From: Candidatus Hermodarchaeum yapensis
GTDB lineage: Archaea; Asgardarchaeota; Hermodarchaeia; Hermodarchaeales; Hermodarchaeaceae
DNA: 29,023 bases
Direction: 5' to 3'
NCBI GenBank assembly: GCA_016840405.1
Contig: JAEOSK010000031.1
Span: 1-29,023 of the forward strand
The position numbers and the translations under genes are program-made. The notes beneath the pieces were generated by a model. It was not told where the DNA came from. It made no database searches and saw only the letters and a list, made by a program, of their open reading frames with translations. Position 1 is the first letter of the stretch, and each line of letters begins with the position of its first letter. Positions 8,613-16,247 of this stretch are shown piece by piece.

Positions 8613-9269
8613 TTAAGTTACAGAAATATTGGCTATTGCATAGGGACAGAGAGTATTCAACGGACAAGTCCTGCATTTGGGGTTCCGTGCAGTGCATAGT
8701 GTTCGCCCATGTGATATGAATAGACGATTCACTCGTCCCCACAGATTACGGGGTAATACTTCCATCAAATCCTTTTCAACTTGAGTAGGATTTTGACCTT
8801 CACTGAGACCCAGTCGTCGTGAAATTCGGAAAACGTGGGTATCTACTGCGATTCCTTCCACAATGCCAAAGGCACGATTGAGCACGATATTAGCAGTCTT
8901 TCGCCCCACACCAGGAAGCCGAATAAGTTCTTCCATGGTTTGCGGGACTTTCCCATTGAATTCGTCGATGAGCATTTGACATGTAGCTTGAAGGTGTTTG
9001 GTTTTTTGTCGATAGTATCCAACTTCAAAAATATCTTGCTGAAGTTGTAGGGGATCAGCAGATGCATAGTCTTCTGGAGTCCGATATTTCTTGAATAACT
9101 CAGTAGTGACCTTATTGACTTGCACATCGGTTGATTGCGCAGATAACATCGTAGCTACCAAATATTGGAACGGGGTTCTGGCTTTGAGCATCAACGGTTC
9201 CAGAGGATATTGGACTTCGAGTACTTCGATCATATGAAGCATACGCGTTTTATCATTCGTTGTTTTCAC
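8613..9269 (-). CDS. nth: Endonuclease III (HhH-GPD glycosylase, 4Fe-4S)
   Basis: LSAQSTD, LPGVGRKTA, VDTHV, C-x6-C-x2-C-x5-C. Confidence 0.96.
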   Translation of the reverse strand: MKTTNDKTRMLHMIEVLEVQYPLEPLMLKARTPFQYLVATMLSAQSTDVQVNKVTTELFKKYRTPEDYASADPLQLQQDIFEVGYYRQKTKHLQATCQMLIDEFNGKVPQTMEELIRLPGVGRKTANIVLNRAFGIVEGIAVDTHVFRISRRLGLSEGQNPTQVEKDLMEVLPRNLWGRVNRLFISHGRTLCTARNPKCRTCPLNTLCPYAIANISVT

Positions 9270-9390
9270 GATGAACCCCCACAGCGATAAACACAGGATT
9301 GTTACTAAAATGAAGTTTCCCCACTTGCCAATATAATACTAACATCCTCCGACTTTTTATTTATCAGAGAACCTCTGATAGACACATAAT

Positions 9391-9633
9391 TGCGTCCAAT
9401 CCCTCATTGAATGGTTGGACACATGGGATTAGCCAATTCAACAAGTCATCTTAAAATTGAACAAAACACGTCATCCAAGACCAAAAAGATGACTTGGATG
9501 ATGAGGGGCAGGGAAAGGACCCTGAAATTAGAACAAATAAGACCAGTTCAAGTGGACTCCTGTGCCTAGCTCAGGAGATAGTATTTCACAGTGCACGAAC
9601 TGGCATGCTCTAAGCAAAGCAAAATGCACTTTT
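9391..9633 (+). ncRNA. Candidate unknown structured ncRNA (~240 nt)
   Basis: Nine mutually compatible nested helices found by eye, G-U pairs favouring + strand, TATA-like TTTTTATTTA at 9354-9363, TTTT at 9630-9633. Confidence 0.5.
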
Positions 9634-9697
9634 CATCCTCCTATAGGCAAAACACCAAAAAGGAAACATATATGACTCGCGATTGATTTTCCAAAAT

Positions 9698-10098
9698 TGT
9701 GGTTCAGAGATAAAGGACGGCTGCCGGTAGTTCCTGAAGAGGAAATGCTGAGGAAGCTCCGTTCTCCCTTAGGCAACGGTACGGCGAAAGCTGTAAGGCG
9801 AGAGCCTTGCTCTGGGAACAGAAACGACACGCCCAGCGTCGATATGACGATGATGCAGTAGAGGGCCAACTATCAGTTGTGTCCAAGCGTCGTGTTGGTA
9901 ACAATACGATGGTTAACCTGTTGAGGATGGCGTTGGAACCGTTGAAACGGTCCATCACCGTGGGAGCAAGCCCAAATAGGCCGCCAATGAGGAGCCTACT
10001 GAGGTGGCGGGTAGGGTGCTTAGCTAGATGCCGTCAAGCGATTCAAGGCAACTTGAATGGCTGAACAAAAGATGGGCTATTCTTATTACTGAACCACA
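9698..10098 (+). ncRNA. rnpB: RNase P RNA, archaeal type A
   Basis: P1 TGTGGTTCAG/CTGAACCACA; CR-I GAGGAAGCTCC; AACAGAAACG and TTGAAACGG S-domain motifs; GGAGCAAG; GCTTAGCTAGATG; CR-V AACAAAAGATGGGCTA; upstream GAAACATATA box. Confidence 0.95.
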
Positions 10099-10125
10099 CC
10101 TTTTCTCTTTACACGGAGGAATAGA

Positions 10126-10653
10126 ATGGAAAGACCACGAATACTTGTTTTACGGATTCCTGGCTGCGATCCGAAGAAATGTAGTGCTCTAAAGCTATCA
10201 CGTCACGGACTAGTTCGTCTAATTCATAGTCCTCGACAAATTCGGGGTCGTCCAATCGTATTGAATCCGTTTGCTTCGAAAGCATTTTCACCTGCAGATC
10301 GGGCGCAAGCAGAGAATTCAGGTGTGTTGGTCTTAGACTGTTCCTGGAAAGAAGCCCAACAGATGTTTCAAAAGGGTATTCGTGGAGAGCCTCGTTGCCT
10401 TCCATATTTGGTAGCTGTGAATCCTGTGAATTATGGGAAAGTTGGGAAACTAAGCTCTGCCGAAGCTGCGGCTAGTGCTTTATTCATCCTAGGATTTCCG
10501 AGAAGAGCAGAAGCAATTCTAGGCCTCTTTAAATGGGGTCCACACTTTTTTGAGCTCAATGCAGAGCCGCTTTCTGATTACCAAAGTGCAGTAGATAGTA
10601 GTGAAGTTGTTGCACGGCAACGAGAATATTTGACGTTTGAAACAGATGACTAA
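10126..10653 (+). CDS. tsr3: 16S rRNA aminocarboxypropyltransferase Tsr3
   Basis: CDPKKCS, LSPAD-like FSPAD, DCSW, LPYLVAVNPVNYGK, LSSAEA, FKWGPHF. Confidence 0.95.
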   Translation: MERPRILVLRIPGCDPKKCSALKLSRHGLVRLIHSPRQIRGRPIVLNPFASKAFSPADRAQAENSGVLVLDCSWKEAQQMFQKGIRGEPRCLPYLVAVNPVNYGKVGKLSSAEAAASALFILGFPRRAEAILGLFKWGPHFFELNAEPLSDYQSAVDSSEVVARQREYLTFETDD

Positions 10654-10666
10654 TCCTGGGTTCGAG

Positions 10667-12208
10667 CTATTCGTTAATCGGTATTCGGAAGGTATAGGCT
10701 ATTGGACTAGCCATGGGATCGGCTAATACTCTGGGTATGTATTCACCTAAGTCAAATGCGATAGCTCCTGGTCCTTTCTCCCGATATGCCATAAGACCAG
10801 CAGCCCCATTTACGAAAGCTCCGGCACAGGCACTAAGAAAAGAATTGATACCCTGGGCTCGGAACCCGGCAACTAGACCCGCAAGAACATCACCTGTACC
10901 ACCCACACTCATGGTTGGGTGTCCTGTCCAGTTTAATCGGGTTTCTGTTGGTGTTGAGGTAATATCTACAGGACCTTTCAGTAGTACTATGCATTTGAGC
11001 GTTTTCGCTAGATCGCGAACTTGCTGAGCCCTTTGGAGTAAGGGTTTGGCTACATTAATTCCTCTTATTCGCCTGAATTCTCCTGCGTGTGGAGTGATTA
11101 TAGTGTTTGAACCTATTTTCATGACTCGTGAAACTACTCGAAGAGCATCAGCATCGATAACGATTGGTTTTTTCATTCGATTCGCGATGGAGAGTAGTTT
11201 TCCTACTGTATCAAGAGTCTCATGGTGATCCCCGATTCCAGGTCCAATCAGGACCGCCTGAACATTTGATAGTGCCTCTTCGATAGGTGAAAGATCATCA
11301 TTAACTAATTTATCCGATTGTAGAGTTACGGGAATAAGGTCTGGCGAATGGCTAGTTGCTGCTGTAATTACTTGCGGAGGAGCCGCTAAGTAAACAAGAT
11401 CTACACCACTCCGAAGGGCGCCCATTGAAGCCAGAATGGGTGCCCCGATGTACTGTGAACTCCCTCCGATTATTAGCAATCGACCAAAGTCACCTTTTTT
11501 TGTAAAAATTGGACGAGGTTGTGTTGCACGTATCACATCACCAGGTCCCACGTACAACTCTGCTTCTGGAGGTATCCCTATATCCGCAACTATTAGTTTC
11601 CCAACCCGTTCCTTATTCTTTCTTAACCCAAGTTTTGGTCTGTGAAAAGTCACTGTTAAATCAGGACGAAAAGCTTCCTTCGTGGTTGGTTCACCGGTAT
11701 TAGGATGAATTCCCGTGGGAATATCAATAGCCACCTTGAACCCCTCCATTTTATTCATCAATTGAAGGGTTTTGATAATTGGGGCGCGCGGTTTTCCAGT
11801 GACCCCAGTCCCCAAGAGCGCATCAACCACCACGGTTGCTTCGATTTTAGGTAATTCAGAAGAATCCCGAATGATATGGAGATTAATCGAATGACGCATT
11901 TTTGTCATTATTTCCCAATTTTGAAAAGCGGGAGCATTGAGGCTCGTTGAAGGATCACCTAGCGTTATTACATGTACTATACGGCACCGGGGGGCAAGGT
12001 GACGAGCGGTAACAAATCCGTCTCCACCGTTTCCTCCTAGCCCTGCAAAGATAGCAACACTAGGTAGCTGTTTAAAGCGCCGGAGGATTTCATGGGCTAC
12101 GGCGCGTCCAGCATTTTCCATCATGAGAAACCGGGTTACCCCAAGAAATTCAGCGTTCCATTCAATTGCAGCCATTTCCTCGGCAAGTAATGCCCGTGTG
12201 GAAGACAT
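10667..12208 (-). CDS. nnr: Bifunctional NAD(P)H-hydrate epimerase/dehydratase (YjeF_N + carbohydrate-kinase fold)
   Basis: MENAGRAVA, GGNGGDG, DALLGTG, DIPTG; KGDFG, IGPGIG, IDADAL, TPHAGEF, GGTGDVLAG. Confidence 0.95.
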   Translation of the reverse strand: MSSTRALLAEEMAAIEWNAEFLGVTRFLMMENAGRAVAHEILRRFKQLPSVAIFAGLGGNGGDGFVTARHLAPRCRIVHVITLGDPSTSLNAPAFQNWEIMTKMRHSINLHIIRDSSELPKIEATVVVDALLGTGVTGKPRAPIIKTLQLMNKMEGFKVAIDIPTGIHPNTGEPTTKEAFRPDLTVTFHRPKLGLRKNKERVGKLIVADIGIPPEAELYVGPGDVIRATQPRPIFTKKGDFGRLLIIGGSSQYIGAPILASMGALRSGVDLVYLAAPPQVITAATSHSPDLIPVTLQSDKLVNDDLSPIEEALSNVQAVLIGPGIGDHHETLDTVGKLLSIANRMKKPIVIDADALRVVSRVMKIGSNTIITPHAGEFRRIRGINVAKPLLQRAQQVRDLAKTLKCIVLLKGPVDITSTPTETRLNWTGHPTMSVGGTGDVLAGLVAGFRAQGINSFLSACAGAFVNGAAGLMAYREKGPGAIAFDLGEYIPRVLADPMASPIAYTFRIPINE

Positions 12209-12260
12209 ATCAATTTCACCTTATAATCTATTGAAGGCTTGTATCAAAAGCCTTACCGTA

Positions 12261-13480
12261 CCGTTGTCCGAAACTTACCCCTCTAGGACCTAGGTCTTAG
12301 TGGTGTTCGGTTCCTGTGTCATAGACAGGCACTGATCCAAACTGGATCTGTAACCTCCTGTCTCAAGGCAGGCGTTTATAGTCTCCGCCCAACAGGCGGC
12401 GACCAAGTTTTTTGCAGCATTCTCATCCCGATCTAACTGTAATCCACACTCATCACAATTGAAAACACGTTCAGATAAGGAGAGCTCATCTTTAGTGTGT
12501 CCACACCGTGAACAACGTTTGGAGGAGGGAAAGAATTGGGAGACTATGATTACTTCCGACCCATACCATTTGGTTTTATATTCAAGCTGTCGACGAAACT
12601 CATTGAACCCTACATCAGCAATCGCGCGACTAAGTCGCTTATTCTTCATCAAGCCTTTTACACATAGATTTTCGATGACTATTTGGCTGTGGTTTTTAGC
12701 CAAATATGTCGTCAATTTGTGTATTACATCCATGCGGATATTGCTGATGCGCCAATACAATCGTGCTAACCTGATAATGGCTTTTCTCCGATTGTGTGAG
12801 CCTTTCTTCTTTCGAGACACCTGTTGAGAAAGACGCTTTAGTTTTTGTAACTTTTTTACTAATGCTTGGGGATTTTCAATTTTTGTTCCATCGGAGAAAA
12901 ATGCCAATGATTTGATTCCAAGATCTACACCAATCCTTGGACCAGTAACATGACTTGGAGCTGGTATTTTTCTTTCAACGCAAACACTCACAAACCAGCG
13001 ATCGGCTTTTCGTGATACAGTTGCTGAGATTATTCTACCCTGAAGTTTGGGTTTTTCTTTCAAACGTAGTCGGCCTAGTCTTGGAAGTTGAACAGCTTTT
13101 TCAAAGAGTCTAATAGTTCCATATAATCTGAAGCTATCGTGACGTCCTTTTTTCTTGAACTTTGGAAACCCAACTTTGAATCCTTTCTTTCTTCCACGCC
13201 AAAAGTTTGTAAAAGCTTTATCGAGGTCGCGGAGTGCCTACTGTGGGGCACACTTGGATACCTCATACAACCAAATGAATTGAGTTCTTTTCAACTGTAT
13301 TAATTCTCGATATTGTTGGATAGCGTTGGTGAAACGGGTTCTCTTACGATAGAAGAGTTTAATCTGTTGTTCCAGTCCCCAGTTGTAGGCAAATCTTGCG
13401 CATCCGGCATGTTTGGATAGCAGAGTCCGTTGACGATTATTGGGATCTAATTCGTACCTGTATCCTCGATGAATTCTCAC
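12261..13480 (-). mobile_element. Non-autonomous IS607/IS200-605 superfamily element (tnpB only); right end ...GTAAGTTTCGGACAACGG; left end not located
   Basis: tnpB with overlapping 3' hairpins (AGACAGG/CCTGTCT, GATCC/GGATC) ending in AACGG; no tnpA nearby. Confidence 0.75.
12290..13480 (-). pseudogene. tnpB: TnpB RNA-guided nuclease, 396 codons, with one in-frame TAG at 13238-13240
   Basis: ORFs 13238-13480 and 12290-13063 are in the same frame, joined by 58 sense codons (ALRDLDKAFTNFW...GFPKFKKK...QLPRLGRLR); RuvC GVDLG, VIENL, DRDENAA and CSRC/CDEC intact. Confidence 0.9.
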
Positions 13481-13607
13481 CGTTGCAAATTCCCCATTGT
13501 TGATTACATTATATCAGAAACCCACGCAATCTAATCCTGGTTTTTATCAATGAATATAATAACCCCAACAAACAATAGCTGTATTTGATTAATTTGGGGC
13601 GAGCAAT

Positions 13608-13844
13608 ATGCCAAAAGCGTACGTACTGATTATTGCAAAAAAAGGTGTTCAAAAAGAGGACCTTCTTGAACCCATAATGGACATCGAAGAGGTTCGAGAA
13701 ACGTATCAAGTTCTTTGGAATTTCGATGTCGTCGCAAAAATCGTTGTTAAAGACATTCGGCAACTGAAACATACAATTATCTCGAAGATCCGTCAATTGC
13801 CAGAAGTAGAAAAAACCGTTACTCTCATTGCCGCAGAACAATAA
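13608..13844 (+). CDS. Stand-alone Lrp/AsnC ligand-binding (RAM) domain protein
   Basis: 78 aa; KAYVLI, FDVVAKI, IRQLPEVEKTVTLI pattern; no HTH. Confidence 0.85.
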   Translation: MPKAYVLIIAKKGVQKEDLLEPIMDIEEVRETYQVLWNFDVVAKIVVKDIRQLKHTIISKIRQLPEVEKTVTLIAAEQ

Positions 13845-13861
13845 CAGGGATGAGGGAAGAA

Positions 13862-14152
13862 TTAGCGCTTGGCAGGGCCAAGGAGATATTTCAATTCATC
13901 GAGTTCTAAATTTCTTGGTGGTAACACTGCATCTGCGGGATAGGGATAGTTAGATACTTTCTTTCCAAATTGATCAATCCACTCGAATAAACTAACATAC
14001 ATTTGCATGGCATGTTCAATTGATCCCCAACGTGCTTCTTCAAAGAGATGATCCCACCGTTCTATGAGCTCTTGAAGTATCTCATCTTTATTCGTATCAT
14101 CTATCAGTAAATAGCCTTCATCCGTGATGCGAATCACTAGCACTAATTCCAT
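13862..14152 (-). CDS. Hypothetical protein (acidic, 96 aa)
   Basis: ATG preceded by GGAG, fills the gap between Lrp gene and tRNA; no recognised motif. Confidence 0.6.
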   Translation of the reverse strand: MELVLVIRITDEGYLLIDDTNKDEILQELIERWDHLFEEARWGSIEHAMQMYVSLFEWIDQFGKKVSNYPYPADAVLPPRNLELDELKYLLGPAKR

Positions 14153-14254
14153 AACTCCGTCAGATATCCTTGGTACTCTTACACCCCATCTCTACTCAAA
14201 AGTTTTATAGCTCGGTGTAAGTGACTGAACACCTAAGCTAATGTGAATGTATTG

Positions 14255-14395
14255 GGGCTCGTAGCTTAGCCAGTCACGTCTGGATGACCAACGTGGGTAA
14301 GGTTAGAGCATCGGGCTTTTAAAGAAGGAAGCGTGAAAACATTTTCTTCTAAAGACACCCGAGGGTCGCGGGTTCAAGTCCCGCCGAGCCCGCCA
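14255..14395 (+). tRNA. tRNA-Lys(TTT) with two introns (D-loop 14274-14301; canonical 37/38 14322-14356), CCA encoded
   Basis: Acceptor GGGCTCG/CGAGCCC, anticodon stem TCGGG/CCCGA, T-loop TTCAAGT; BHB CTTT-TAA..AAAG-ACA; relaxed BHB in the D-loop. Confidence 0.93.
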
Positions 14396-14443
14396 TTCTT
14401 TTTCGATGAAGACTGTTTTTCATATTGTCGTTTTTGAGAAAAA

Positions 14444-14576
14444 TGGTGCGGGGGCTGGGATTTGAACCCAGGAACGCCTACACGACAGGGTTCTGAGCCC
14501 TGCGCCTTTAGCCCTTCATGAGGCCCCGTGTGTTTTTAGAAGTCAAAGAAGGTTGGCCAAGCTTGGCTACCCCCGC
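14444..14576 (-). tRNA. tRNA-Leu(CAG) with 45-nt D-loop intron (14508-14552), CCA encoded
   Basis: Acceptor GCGGGGG/CCCCCGC, CAGGG-CTCAGAA-CCCTG, long variable arm; BHB GGCC-AAC..GGCT-AAA restores TTGGCCAAAGGCG. Confidence 0.93.
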
Positions 14577-14648
14577 ACTTCTTTTAGGGGCAAAACACCT
14601 TTTCAGTAAGAGAAGGAGATAAACCTTTTCTCTGCTATTAAATTACGA

Positions 14649-15494
14649 TTGGTTGTGTCATCCTTGTTATCGGGCGGAAATCAGCGTTTTTGGTATCGAA
14701 GTCTGCGAAATGCTGCTACTTTAGCTAGGCTTCGAGTTCTATCGTGTCTTAAGACTGGTTCTTGTCAGGATGAAATCGGAACCGGGGCGGGAGGTGATGT
14801 AACTAAGAAGTTTGATCTCGTCGCTGAACAAACTATGATTGAATATCTGATGAACTTTACGTCATTTACTCTAGTGAGTGAAGAAGCCGGGATGCAGAAG
14901 GTTGGAGCCAATCCAAAGGGTTTCCTCATAATGGACCCTATTGATGGAAGTACTAATGTCAGCCATGGTATTCCGTTTGCGTGTATTGCAGTCGCATATG
15001 CATCGGAGTTGGAATTTGATTCAATTGAGGCAGCCGTTGTTCTTGACTTTTTTTCGGGTACTTGTTATCATGCAAGCCGGGGGAAGGGTTCCTTCCGTGA
15101 TACCCATAAGATTCTCCCAGCAGAACCCAATCCTTTGGAGACCAGTCTCGTTGGAGTCGATAGTGGCTTTCCTGCAAACCCGGAGGAATTTCAAAATTCA
15201 GATGCGACACAAATTCGGTATACCAGACATTTGGGTGCAAACGCGCTGGAATTATGTTATGTTGCTGACGGAACACTGGATGGTTTCATAGATCTTCGGG
15301 GCATTTTCCGAGGAACTGACCTAGCAGCAGCTGCTTTGATTCTAAGAGAAGCCGGGGCAGTGCTAATTGATCGATATGGTAAGAACATTGTTGGAAAATG
15401 CACCAATGATGAACACTATGACTATATTGCAGCTCGTGACGTAGACTTAGCTCAAACTCTCTTAAAACTTGCTTCAGGAGCTAATACAGACTAA
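14649..15494 (+). CDS. Inositol monophosphatase / FBPase family protein
   Basis: GAGGDVTKKFD, SEEAG, DPIDGSTN, RHLGANALELCYVADG, DLAAA; exact start uncertain. Confidence 0.92.
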   Translation: MVVSSLLSGGNQRFWYRSLRNAATLARLRVLSCLKTGSCQDEIGTGAGGDVTKKFDLVAEQTMIEYLMNFTSFTLVSEEAGMQKVGANPKGFLIMDPIDGSTNVSHGIPFACIAVAYASELEFDSIEAAVVLDFFSGTCYHASRGKGSFRDTHKILPAEPNPLETSLVGVDSGFPANPEEFQNSDATQIRYTRHLGANALELCYVADGTLDGFIDLRGIFRGTDLAAAALILREAGAVLIDRYGKNIVGKCTNDEHYDYIAARDVDLAQTLLKLASGANTD

Positions 15495-15502
15495 CCTGGC
15501 AT

Positions 15503-15793
15503 TTAATCGTTAATTGTTTCAAGAATAGAAACCGCGTTCCAAATGCCTGTTCGAGCATGACTTGGACAATTTGGATCGAGTGTGGCATCCCCCAGTCGAG
15601 AAATTGCGTTTGATGCACGTACGGCTGCAGAACCGAGTTCGCCATGAAGTAATTCGATTGCCTCGTTGGCTGCACGACGGATGTTACGGGGAACTGTACT
15701 GTCTTCGCCAATCTGGGATAATATCATCGTTGCTTGATCAATTTTCTGCATAGTTTCTTCTGAAACTTCTGGATTCTTATTATGTTCAGCCAC
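15503..15793 (-). CDS. UPF0147 family protein
   Basis: [30 protein letters not shown]; GTG at 15793 follows GAGGGG (alternative ATG 15814). Confidence 0.88.
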   Translation of the reverse strand: MAEHNKNPEVSEETMQKIDQATMILSQIGEDSTVPRNIRRAANEAIELLHGELGSAAVRASNAISRLGDATLDPNCPSHARTGIWNAVSILETIND

Positions 15794-15884
15794 AGTTTTT
15801 CCCCTCGGCGTCATGCTAGTAGGGAGTTGGATTTTGAGGTACCAAGATTACTTAAAAGCTTTTTTCACTGATAGTAAGGATTGT

Positions 15885-16241
15885 ATGTCAGATGAAAAGG
15901 TAACAAAACGAATGGGTCAAATGCTTCGAAAAGGTGCCGCTCTTCTTAATGTCGCCTGCCCTAAATGCAATACGCCTCTACTCCGATTACAAGATGGTTC
16001 AATGTATTGTGTAAAGTGTGACAAAGAAGTTGTTGAAAAAGAACCACCGGCTTCGAGTAAGGAACTAGATGTTTCGTTCAGCGAGGTTTTGAACCAACTC
16101 GCAACCAAGGTGCTGATAAATATCGAGAGATTAACCCAATCGCTTCCAGAGAACCCACACCCCGAGGAGCTCCGTTCCTTTGCAGAAATTATCAAGGATA
16201 TGATATTGATATTGAGAGGAATAAGAGAATTGCAGAGTTAG
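15885..16241 (+). CDS. UPF0148 / autoantigen p27 zinc-finger protein
   Basis: MGQMLRKGAALL..CPKCNTPL..YCVKC; start taken at ATG 15885. Confidence 0.88.
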   Translation: MSDEKVTKRMGQMLRKGAALLNVACPKCNTPLLRLQDGSMYCVKCDKEVVEKEPPASSKELDVSFSEVLNQLATKVLINIERLTQSLPENPHPEELRSFAEIIKDMILILRGIRELQS

Positions 16242-16247
16242 TATAGT

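Noticed and set aside
9442-9479. 8-9 nt complementarity of the candidate RNA to the 23S 5' end (GATGACTTG, TGGATGAC) and to the tRNA-Lys D-loop intron
   Set aside because: Matches this short are expected by chance against kilobases of RNA.
9411-9569. 52-codon ORF inside the candidate ncRNA
   Set aside because: No SD and no recognisable motif, and dense pairing explains the region better; not fully excluded.
9633-10064. Three short ORFs
   Set aside because: They overlap the RNase P RNA gene.
13075-13266. Separate 63-aa ORF implying frameshifts in tnpB
   Set aside because: Off-frame shadow; tnpB is continuous in one frame apart from one TAG.
13508-13516. Bacterial extended -10 (TGATATAAT, minus strand) upstream of tnpB
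   Set aside because: AT-rich context, no -35, and equally consistent with an archaeal TATA box.
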